Of a stretch of DNA of 64,000 bases, positions 19,701 to 31,700 are shown one piece after another (the stretch's first letter is position 1; each line of letters begins with the position of its first letter). The position numbers were made by a program, and so were the translations under genes. The DNA lies in the IMG/VR virus record IMGVR_UViG_3300042386_001233, positions 1 to 64,000 of that record, one strand, 5' to 3'. The notes under the pieces were generated by a model. It saw only the letters and a program-made list of their open reading frames with translations, did no database searches and was not told the DNA's origin.

Positions 19701-22700
19701 AGGGGCACTACTCCTATTCCTGAAGATATAACAAAAAATCTTGCTAGTTTAAGTACTCAAAGTACAGCTGCTAAAAGAGCTAGAGAGTATAGGCCAATAA
19801 ATCCTCAAGTTAACGAAGCTTTACTTCAAGGAGGTGCTAAGTTTGGAATGACTCAAGAGAAGATTAATAGAATGGAAGATAATGGTAAAGAAGAATTCTT
19901 AACAACTTTAATAGAAAAAGCTCCTCAGCTTGATCAAAATTTACAAGGGATTTTAGATTCTACCTTAACAGAACTATTAAGTGGTGCTGGAATTCAAAGA
20001 CAAAAATATGCTTCAGGAGGCAAAGCTTCAAGAAGAGTAGACTTTGAAGCCGGAGTAGGGCAGTCACCATTCGGAGGTTCGGTATCAAAAAGATTAAGTC
20101 AATCCATTTACAATCTGCAAAAGAACACCGGACTAAGTGATTCAGAATTCAATGAAATTAAAAAGACGGCAGATACATACGGATACAATGAAGAAGAATT
20201 TAAAGAATATTTAGCAAAAAGAATACAAGAGAAGAAGAACAAAGAGGGGTTAAGAACTAATCCATCAGCACTAGCACAGCAGTTGATGCCACAAACAAGG
20301 GTGTCAACACCTAGACAGCTAGCATTAGCACAAGCATTAAAAGACACCTCTAATGATATCGGATATAGACCATCTACTTTAGAAACAATAGCTCAAGCAA
20401 GAACAGACGTTGGTAACGCTACTAGATATGCCGTCGGCGGTATTGCTAAAGTTGGCAAGAAGGAAGACAAACAGTACGGTCAAATTAGCATCACTGAAGA
20501 CGCCGGAATGATTAATGTTGGATATCAAAAGGGTGATAATAGACAAGGATATGCTACTGGTTACAAGATGAGGAATAATCTATATTATGTTGGATTGTCT
20601 AAAGCGACAAAAGGCTATGGACCAAGATTGTATGACGTACTGATGGAAGCTGTAACAGAAAAGGGCGCCATGCTGACATCCGATAGGTCATCAGTCAGTG
20701 AGGATGCAAAACGAGTATGGGAATATTATTTTAAAAATAGGGGTGATGTTAAGAAAACTCCACTTAAACCATCTGATTGGACTGTTAATTCGAATTTAAT
20801 AGATCCAAAACTTTACGGCAAAAAAGAAACTTGGCCCCCAGCAACTGATCCAGCTTGGACATTACAGACAGGTTATAGTAAATCTCCTAAATTAATAACT
20901 AATACTAATGAGGTTATAAGAAAGAGATCAGGTGGTCGCCTTAGTTTTGAAACTGGTGGCACTGTTCCAGCTTTAGTTAGTAATGGAGAAGCTTATATTC
21001 CTCCTAAGATTGCTAAAAGAATTGGTTATAGTAATCTTAATCGTATGAATCAAGCTGACCGTAACGGAATGAGCAAGTTCTCTAGTGGTGGTATTAGTGT
21101 GTTTAAAGGCCCTGGTACCGGTACTAGCGATAGCATTCCTGCTAATTTGCCAGTTGGTAGTTTTATTCTTAGAGAGAAAGCTACTAAGGCTTTGGGTTTT
21201 AATAAAGGAGGTGCTGTACCAGCACAAAGATTTGCTACTGGAGGTGGCGTAACAAGCATGATTATGGAATGGCTGTCATCAGACATGACTGCTAGAACCA
21301 AACCCAAAATGGCTCCAAGACCTGATGTTGTAAACAGGGCGAGTGTTGTTGCTTCTAATGATACCACCAAAGCTTTAGATATTCTTGTTAAATCTCTTAA
21401 TCAATTAGGTTTAAGTGCTGCTAATTCTGCAGATATTTTAAATAAGGGTGGGCAAGTTAGTTATAAAACTATACAAAAGGCTTTAGCTGAAGATATTAAA
21501 AGATTAAAAATTTCAGGAGCAAGCATACAAAGCATAGTTGCAGCAGAAACTACACTTGCTAATATTCGTAAAAAGAGTAAAGAAGAAGTTACTAAACAAA
21601 AAAATATACAAGGATTAACCAGTGCTAGAGGCAACTCTTCTACTAAGATTGTTGGAGGTCAAACAATTGGGGACCTACAAGCTGGTTCTGGTGCTGGACA
21701 ACAAGCAATAGAGACACAAGCCCAGATGCTTGCTGCAGCAAGAATCAGAAGAAGAGGAGGAAAGGTAACAGAAAAACAACGATCTGAAATAATGGAATCA
21801 TCGTACATTGATTCTGCTTCTAGAATTACTGGAATTAAAAAGAAAGAATTTAAAGCTGCTGGAATTAGTGGTGGAGATATTCAAAAATATATAGCTGAAT
21901 CCATGAAGGATCGCAAGAGCTTGGCGCAGATGGATAAGCAGCTAATAGCACTCAAAACTAATGAGTTGACGAATAGCGCTGCCTACATAGCCGCCTCTAA
22001 CGCAGAACAAAAAAGAATGTTGACAGAAGTTCAACAAGCAACGAAAGAAGAAATATCAACTCGCAGAAAGATTATCAACGATCTAGCTGCTCAAAATGGA
22101 ACTAAGGGAGTTGGTGCTGCTGGGTTGAGAGATACTAGAAATAGTCCCATACTTAATCAGATAAAAGGATTTATAAAATCTCCTGGTAAAGTGATGGGTG
22201 GAATATCTGCTGCTGCTGGACTAACTGCTGGTGCTTCTGATATGATTGCGAAAAATATTTATAATATGAGCACAACAGAAGGCCAAGGTAAAGCAGCAAA
22301 AACATCAGCAGCTATTCAATCTTCTGGTACAATTCTTAGCACCGGAATGGCAGCAGCATCACAGATGGCAGCTATACCAGTTATTGGTCCCTATGTTGCT
22401 GCTCTTACTGCTGTTGGAACAGCTGCTGCGGCTGCTGCTGATTATTTTTATGATTTTACCGGTGCTCAAAAGGCTGCCACAGTAGAATTTGAAAGATCAG
22501 TAAGAGCTAAAGAAATTGGAATTGCTATGGATGGTTTGGATAGAGCATTCCAAAATTTTGAAAAAGATATGGGTAATATAACCTTACAAAAGGCTCTAGA
22601 ACAAGCTATTGGTAATACTTCTTCTTTACAAATTAAAGATAATATGGCAGAAAGAGATAATGCCAAAGCAGAGTTTTCTCTAAAGAATAGAAGTTGGTCG

Positions 22701-25700
22701 GATATTTTTAGTGGTAACTTTAAGGGTTCTGCGCAGATGGATGCTCTTGAACAAGGAGCTATGGATAGTGAAATGTCTCAAAAATTATCGCCAATATCCG
22801 ATAAGGCTATGGCGTTATATGATAAACAAATTAGTAGCGGAAAAAGTATAGAAGATATTGTTAATAATGTTCGCACAGGAAATAAAGACGCTGTTAATGC
22901 TGGCGCTGCCGTTGCTTTTAATGCTAATCCCAAATTGTGGTCAGAGTTAGAACAAAAGGTTAAAGCATCAGGAGACGCTTCAGAAGCTAATGTTCTGAAG
23001 ATTAAACGAGGAATTGTTGCTAGAGAACTCTTAACCAATGCAGAATTACAAGCAGCTGTAAAGAGATCCAAATTAGAAAGAGATATGGAGGCTTCTAATA
23101 GAGCTGGTCGTAGATTAGCTGAGACTTTTGATCATATAAGTGAAACTATTGATCAGTCAATTCAGAGAATGCAACGAGAGTCTGAAATTCGTCAAGCACA
23201 AGCTAATGACAGAGTAGAAGCTAGAAGAGGAAATGCCGGTTTTGATGAAAGAGCTGTTAATAATAGAAACGTTGGAGTATTAACAAATCCAAAAGCATAC
23301 CAAAATGATCCTAGACGCATAGAAGAAGCTATTAGAGCAGGAAGCAGTGGTATGTCCCCAGAGCTTGCTCAAAAAATGGCTGGCGGAGCTAGACTAGAAG
23401 CTACTTTGCCTAATGTAATGAGAAATGCGATATCTACAGAACTTAAGAGTAATGCTAGTTTAGGTCTTGATGAAGCAGCTGATGCTGCCAGAAGAAAGGG
23501 AACAGAAGCGATTAGAAATTCTGGATTATCAGAAGCTGATCAAAAAGTTGCTATAGATAAATTAAACGCAAGAATAGAAGATGAAAAAAAGAAAGTACAA
23601 GATAATGAAAAGGGAACCCCAGCAGAACAAGTTGATTCTTTTACTGACTCTATAAGTGATCTTGGTCCAGAAATAGCTAATATATTTGGTAATGCAGGCA
23701 AAAAATTAGATGATATTATCCAAGCCAGACAAGGAATCTATGATACTTTTGCAAAGAATCTTCAAGCCGCTTCAGAAGCTGCTAAAAAAGCACGAGAATT
23801 TTTCAGTAAAGCAAGAGATATAAGATATGACGCTGGAATGGACTTGAGAGAAGCCCAAACTGGCGTAGGAGAAAGCTTCTCTGAGGCAAAAGCTAAATCT
23901 GATAGTAGTATTGCAAGATTAACTGGCGGGGTTACTGATCCTCAAGCTATTGGTAGAAATATTGATGCTTTAATGGCACGGCGTGACCAGCAAATGAAGG
24001 ATAGGGATGCTGCACTATCAAATCCCAATTTAACACAAGATCAACAGAAAGATGCTGCGACTAAATTTGCTAAAGATATTCAGGCTACTAATAATGCATT
24101 AAACGATAATAGAGAAGCATTAGACAAGTTGGCTAATAGCGCTGAAGTAGCGCAAAAAGCTCTAGACGAAGTTAAGAATATTAGAGGATTACAACAAGAT
24201 AGAGAAAACTTTGTTAATCAATTGCTTACAAACACTCCAGAAGAAGCAGACAAACTTAATCAAACCTTTATTAGACTTCAGCGCAACTTGTCTGGTGGAT
24301 TAAATAATGCCTCTAATCAAAGAGATGCCCGCAATGCTTTTAATGATACATTACGTCGCACAGGAAATCTGAGAGAAGCTACTCGCGCCGGAAATACTGT
24401 ATTAGCAGACCAAAGAAAACAAACCCTTCAGTTGATGCAAGATCCTGGATTTAGGGGCATGATGACCCTTAATATGAAGAACCAGGGAATGAATGATCAA
24501 CAGATAGACAAGCGATTCAGAGACCAAGAAGGTATGTTGATGCAGCAAATGGCTATTGAGAGTGGATTGATCAATAATCCAATGGTTAGACAAGCCCTTG
24601 CTGCAAAACAAGACCCTAATGCTGATCCGGCCATGAAACGTGCTGCCGATCAATTCTTGCAGGCCACTGGTTTACAGGCCAAAGCTTCTGAGGAACAAGG
24701 TCGATTAGAATTAGCTAATGTACAGAACTTGCTCGTAACAGCTACCGACGAATTAAGAATGTCTATAGATACCTTAACAACAACCATTAATGGTTCGTTG
24801 GGTAAAGATGGAGAAAGAGTTCCCGGTGTTGCTGGGCCTGTGGTTCCTGTTCCAGCCGGGGCCAGAGGGGTGGCGAGACCACCTCGTCCCATGGCTACTG
24901 GTGGAAAAGTTAAGACTCAGTATGCTAGTACTGGTCAATTAATAGACTTTTCTCCCAAGGGGACTGATACTGTTCCTGCCATGTTAACTCCTGGAGAATT
25001 TGTTGTTAATGCCAGATCGACCGCCAAACATCTACCATTACTAAAAGCTATTAATAGTGGGGCTGGAGTTGATGCTACTTCTAACATGAGTAAAGGTGGA
25101 GTTGTTTATTTGGATAATGGTGGATTAATAGACGAGTTTAGAAAAATAGATGCTAATAAATCCAATTTTTTAGAAGTTGGCGAAATAGATCTTAAAATGA
25201 TTCAATTATTAGATAGAGATAAAGATAATAAAGTTTCCTTTGGAGAATATTCTTCAAGAGTAAAGAGCGATGGTAGTAGTGGATCTTCAAGATCTGGTTC
25301 AGGATCATCGGTTAAGAGTGGATTTAAAGCTCAAGATATGAGTTTTGAACAGTACTATAATAATAGAGCACAAAAATATGCAAAAAGATATCAAGGTACT
25401 GGAGACGAAGTACCAAGAGACACAGATAAATTCGCTAACGGAGGTATGGTTACTCCATATTATTTAGCAGAAGGAACAAATAGACCGCTATCACGACCCG
25501 TTATGGTAGCACTACCTCCCAAAAAAGATCCTATTGAGACTGCAAGAGCTGCTCGTAAACAAGGAGTACCAACTAAGAGAAGGCCATCTTTAGTTCCTGG
25601 AGATCCTAGAGCAAAAGATGCTGAACCTAGCTTTTTTAGATTAGACCTCAATGAAGACGGTATTTTGGACAGAAAAGAAGGATATCCATACCAAGACTTA

Positions 25701-28700
25701 GATAAAGATAAAGATGGAAATATAACACAAGAGGAATGGAAAAATAATGTATTAGCACGAGCAAAGGTTCGTAAGCTAGAAAATACCATAAAAATAATTG
25801 AAAAAGAAATAGCTGAAGGAAAACCTGTTCCTGTAAACTTTGAAGCAATGAAAAGAACACTAGGTTTCGCCAAAATAGATGCAGGTATGGCCGCTGCTCC
25901 TGGTGACAATAAGGCTTTTATCGCTAGACAAAAACGTATTGATGATAATATGAATAAAAGATTATTGGGGGGTGGTTCTATTAATAATCCTGATGGTTCT
26001 TATGTTTTTAATAGAGAACTTAATAAGATTTATGATCGTAGATCAGCTTTTGAAGAAGAAAGAAGAGCACAGAGAGCTAAGGACGAAAACGCAACGGACG
26101 AAGAAATATTTGATCGCACAGTAGAGGCCTATGGGGCTGGAGACTCTAACTATTGGCGCAACAGTATGGGAGTCACCGAACTGCCAAATGTTTATGATAA
26201 TTCTAGAACTTTAGACGTTATTCGCAATGAGAGTGATCTCTCCAGTAAGGGAGATCCTAATGGAGAAAAAACTAGAGCATATATAGACGGATATATACAA
26301 TCACAAGGAGCAAGACAACAAGCGGACAGAGTGGCTCGTGGTATTGGGGCAGAGATTGATTCTCCAGATATTGCCGTAACAGGAACTCAGGGACCAGTAG
26401 ATAATCTTAACTATTTAATAGACCAAAAAGAAAAGGGCAGAGTAGCAGAAAAAGCAGCAAGAGACGAAAACTTTAAACAAGAGAATAAAAATAGAGAAGG
26501 CGCTGATGCAAGACAGGCAAAATTGGATCAAAGAGATAAAGAACTAGGTATAGATACTAGCGGCATTAATCGAGATATATATGAGAGTGGTGGAGGTTTT
26601 TCAAATCAGCCAGGAAGTGGCAGAAAAGTTACGATAGAAGAACAAAAACAAAGAAAAAGAGAAAAGGCTATAGCTGCTAGGTTTTCATTTACAGATAAAA
26701 CAGGTAAATACTCCACTACTGGAACTATTGACAAAGTGGATTTTGAAAAAGGTACTGTTAGAATAGCTAAAATTGATCCAAAAACTGGTGAGCCTATTAC
26801 TAGAACCGTTCCGGTTTTTGCCGATGGCCAAACAGAAGAAGAGATTAAAGCTTCTGGTAGAGATCCCGAAAGATTTAAGGTTGGAGAGAAAGAAGAACAA
26901 GTATACACTACTGTACCCCTAGACAAACTTAGTGACCAGTCCAGAGACAAGGCCAGATCCCATGGTTTGGAAAAAGAAGCAGACAAAGCCAAGGCTGGTG
27001 AAAACTTCTCAATAGGGGAGGCTACTGGCAAAAAGCGTACAATATCTGGTAAAATATTCAGAGTAGACGAAAAGGCCGGAACAGCTGTCGTACAAAGAGA
27101 TAGTGGTAAGCTGGTCACTATACCATTAGAGAAACTTGCTCCAGAGTCTAGAAATATAGCACTAGATCAAGCCAAGACAGCTACTACTGTTACTGATTTA
27201 ACGCAGAAACAAATGGATGCTGATGTTGGTAATATTGATGTTACTTCATCATTACCAGAACCACCAATTCCATTAGCTGAAGACTTTACTGATAGAGCAA
27301 ATGAAGTTCGTCAAGAGACGATGAATAATGCTGCTTTAGAACAGACAAAGATGGATCAGTTGCCGATGATGTCTGAGCCGGTACCAACTTCGGGCACTAT
27401 TGATCCTATTACTGGCAAGGTTGTTGGAAATAATGTTTCTATGGACTTGAATCCAGATGGAACTCGTACACCAGAACAATTAAACATATTAAGTCAGCAA
27501 GCTACCAGAGATGCCGATAGGCGTAATTCTAACGCAAGATATGAGGAGCTTAGAGGTCGATCAAAAGCAGAGGATGCATACGACAGATCATGGCTTGGAG
27601 AAAACTGGCCCAAAGAATGGGGAGGAGTACAAAAACCAAAACGAAGATTAACTACAAAAGAACTAGAAGAACTTGGAGCGATGGAAAGCGAGAGAGGTGT
27701 TCCTGCATTATCAAGATTAGGAGCTAATACACGAGCAGAACAAACAAGAAGATCAGCAGGATTAGACGAAGCACAAATTGAAAGTTTGAGTCAACAAAAA
27801 ACAGAACAGTTTAAAGCTGAACTTGAGAAAAAAAATGACGCAGAAGGTGGGGTGGCTGTTGGACTAGCTGCTCAAAGAGCAGTAGTTCCATTATTGGCTG
27901 GTGCTACAGCTATTGCCGCCGCTCCTGCTTTAGTTCCAGCAGGAATAATTGGGGCTGGACTTACTATTGCTGGGGGTGTTACTGCTAGTTTGGGCGCTAA
28001 TAAATTACAAGATATGGCATTAGAAGGTACGGATTTTGATAAGAGACAAAGAGAATTGGCAGAAAAAAGGCCAGGAGCAACTGCTGTTGGTTCTTTATTG
28101 CCAGGATTACTAACGGGCAATCCACTGACTGGTGCAACCACTATGGGTCGAGCACTAGCAACAAGAGCTGCTAGCGGAGCTACTGAAGCAGCATTAGGGG
28201 CCGGTATCAGAGGAGCAACTAGTGGTGGGGATTTTGGTACTTATGAAGATTTCCGGAATGACTTTCTTTCTGGAGTTATTCTTCCAACGTCTAATTTTGG
28301 AAGTAAGGGATCCAGAAATTATAGTCGTCCAGAAGGTCCAGCAAAACCTACGTCTTTAAAGGATGTTGCAGCAACAGTTAGAGATGAACAACTAGCAATC
28401 AGAGAAGAAAACGTTCTTGCTGGTAATGAGAGAATAGCAACTAAACGAAAACAAGACGAAGTTAGAAAAGCGGCACAAGCAGAACAAAGAATCAAAGATG
28501 AAGTAGAAGCAGTGAAAGAATCAGGAAGAGAAAAGGCTGTTTTTGATTTTATGAAGCCACTCATTACTCGTCCAGATAAGAGTAATAGCCCTATAGTAAA
28601 GGGCGTAGCAGACATGGTACTTAATCATCATAGAGATTTGATGGCTAGAGTAAAATCTAAGGATATATTAGAAAAAGGTCGTGGTCTGAATGATGAGCAG

Positions 28701-31700
28701 ATTACAACACAGCTTACAGATGCTGGAATAGATCCTGAACGAGCAGCAGCTATAGTTAGAAAAAGAACAGAAGCCAATAATAAAGCACAATCTGATCTTG
28801 CTTTGGAAAGAGGAACAAGAAGAGCGGAAGCTAAAGAGAGACTAGATGCTGAATATAGAAAAGAAGTTGAAGGAGTTACAGATCCTAAAGAAACAGCAAA
28901 AATAAAGGCTAGATTCCAAGAACAATTAAATAAAGAAGCTTCTTTGATTGATGTCGATATTAACGACAAGACGTCAGCAAATAAAGCCGGTATAACAGTT
29001 CAAGAGCTGAAACAACAAAGAGCAGCAGAAGCTCAAGCCAAAGATAAAGCAGAGTCTGATAAACTAATACAAGAGTTTGATTCTACTCTAGGATCAAGTA
29101 AGCCAACAACTATTGATAATCTTCCTATGGGAGAACCTCTTGATTTAGGTGTGGACCCGCTTGCGCCAATAACATCTGCCAAAGATAATGCTGCTACTAC
29201 GGCAGCTAGTACAAAACCAGTCGATGCTGCAACAGTAGCAGCAAAAAACCAGACAGTAGTCAAGGCAGCAGAACAAGAAAATACATCTTCGCTACAAACA
29301 TCAGCGATACCGCAGCCCAAACCCTATAATCCTACAGATTATCCTATTATGGATAGTATTATGAGAGGAGGAAAGAACGGCCATTATGGTCCGATGGGTA
29401 CTACTAATATAACAGGTAAACAAAATATTCATGGAATAAGCGGATGGAAAACTAGACTCATACCAAAAGACGACGCGTCTGCAGCAAAAATTAAAGAATT
29501 TTTAGATACTCATCCAGATATAGGGGAATATAAGTTAGCATTAAATGAGGGACCAGTACCAGTATTTAGTGTCTATTTCAAAAAGGGCACCAAAGATGAA
29601 GCACTATCTTTTGCACAAGCTAGTGAAAAAGGACTAAAAGATAGTTTAGATCCTCGTTTATATCAGGGTGCTGATACTCTGCTAGAAGGGACAAATATTT
29701 CCGCAAGATTTGATGCTAGAGATCTAAAGTATGAATCAGCATCATCAATTATAGATAGACAACTAGAGAATTCTCCTTTTAGTAGAGGATTTTTAAAAGC
29801 TGAAGAACTGAATCTACAAATACCTGCATCAAATACGGCAGCTGGGTCAACGGCTAGCAGAGCAATGCCAAGCATTACTGCTGGCACCAGAGGAGTACCA
29901 GATACTGGGTATGTTGATTGGTTAAAAACAAAAAAGTTTTTGGCGAAAGATCCTAAAAAGATAGCTAGTCTAGATGCAGAGATACAAAGAGCTACTAACG
30001 TAGCAGATGATTGGCTAAAAGAAAATATGTCAGACCTCTACAGCTCATCTGCTGAACGAACAACTAGAGAATCAACTACTCAAACCGGTGGGGTAAAACC
30101 ACAACAACAAGCAGTAGTTGAAACAGCAATCAGAGATGCCACAAGCACACCAACCAAATCCGGTTTTGTTCGAGACAAATCGTTATCGACAGACAAAGTA
30201 GATGATCTAGCTTCTGCCGGATTTGGAGTTATAAGTCCAGACCAAGAAGTAGAAAGTGTTATAAGAGGAGCAAGAGAAAATTCTCTTGGCGTTTTAACTA
30301 AACCAGCAGCGTTATTACAGCCAGAAACATACCAAAAATATGCAGACCAACTATTAGAACTAGAAAAATCAGGAAAAATAAAAATAACCAAAGGCGCTTC
30401 ATTTGGTACTAGTGGCCAACCAAGTATATTTGTAGGAAAACCAGAAAATGTAGATACTCTTGCAAAAGCTTTTGAATCTGAAACAGCAAGAACACGAGAA
30501 ATGGGGGTTCCAGCATCAGATGAATTTCACGAAACGGTAGGAAAGGCACTAGGATATAGTAAAGATAGTAGAGAACTATTTAGATTAAGAAAAGATTGGG
30601 ATAAAGCAGGATTAGATATAGATACTATTCAAGATAGATTACAAACTAGCCGTGGTGCTGCTGCTAGATATATGGTATCAGAAATTAATAAGGCCAAAGA
30701 ACAAGCATCAGTCGAGCAAGGAGTAAAAGAATCAACAAACCCGCCCATCAAACCTCCTATTGATGGAGATGAATTTGAATTAGGAAACTTGGGAGATGAA
30801 ACCCCAGAAGAAAAGGCTCGACTAGACGCACTATATCCTCCGGGTTCTGAGGGATTTTTGGGCCCAATAAAGCCAGATAATGTATTACCTGAAGCAAGAG
30901 CAGAATCACAAGCTCGCACAGTCGAAACCAAACCATCCTCTTTTGAACAAAATCCAGAAGACTTTACAAAGCTTATTGATGAAACTCTTTCTCCATTCCC
31001 AGAAGACTTTTTCCCAGATGGTTCTTCAAAACCAAATGCTAGAGTAGAAGCAGAAATTGATAGTAATACAGTAAACGCTTCTTCTCCAGAAGCTTTAAAA
31101 GCCTCTGCAGAAGCTCAACAAAAACTAGCAGCACAAAAATTAGCAGCAAAATCTCCAGAACAAATATCTGTAGAAAAAACATATGGTCCTTTATATAGAG
31201 AAGCTAAAAAAGCCAACGATACAGCAGAGATGGCCAGAATACGATCAGAAGCTAATGCAGAATTTAAGAAACGCTCTCAAGAAGCTTCAACCAGAGCTGA
31301 AGATAAAAAGAATAGTTTCCTTCCTGTTATGGGTAAGGTCTTAAAGATAGCTGCCCCCATTGGAACTGCTATAGGTTATGGATTAGGATCATTATTAACC
31401 AGGGATAAGAGAAAAGAAGAACCTCAAGATCCAGCCTCTAAACTAAAAAATGCCTCTAGTTTACAGGAAGTCTACGATTTAATAAGCGCAAACGATAGGG
31501 GAACAAAAGGCTTTAGCGCAGTAGAAATTGCCATGAAGCTTAGAGAAATAGACCCTAAAGCATATGACAAGAGCGGTGATGAGTATGTTAATCTAGGAGA
31601 ATTGGCAGGAATGCCAGATAGTGCATATGATGCATACTTAGACAGATTGAAAGACAGGGCAGCAACAGCAAAACCCGTCAACTATCCAGATGTTCCATCT

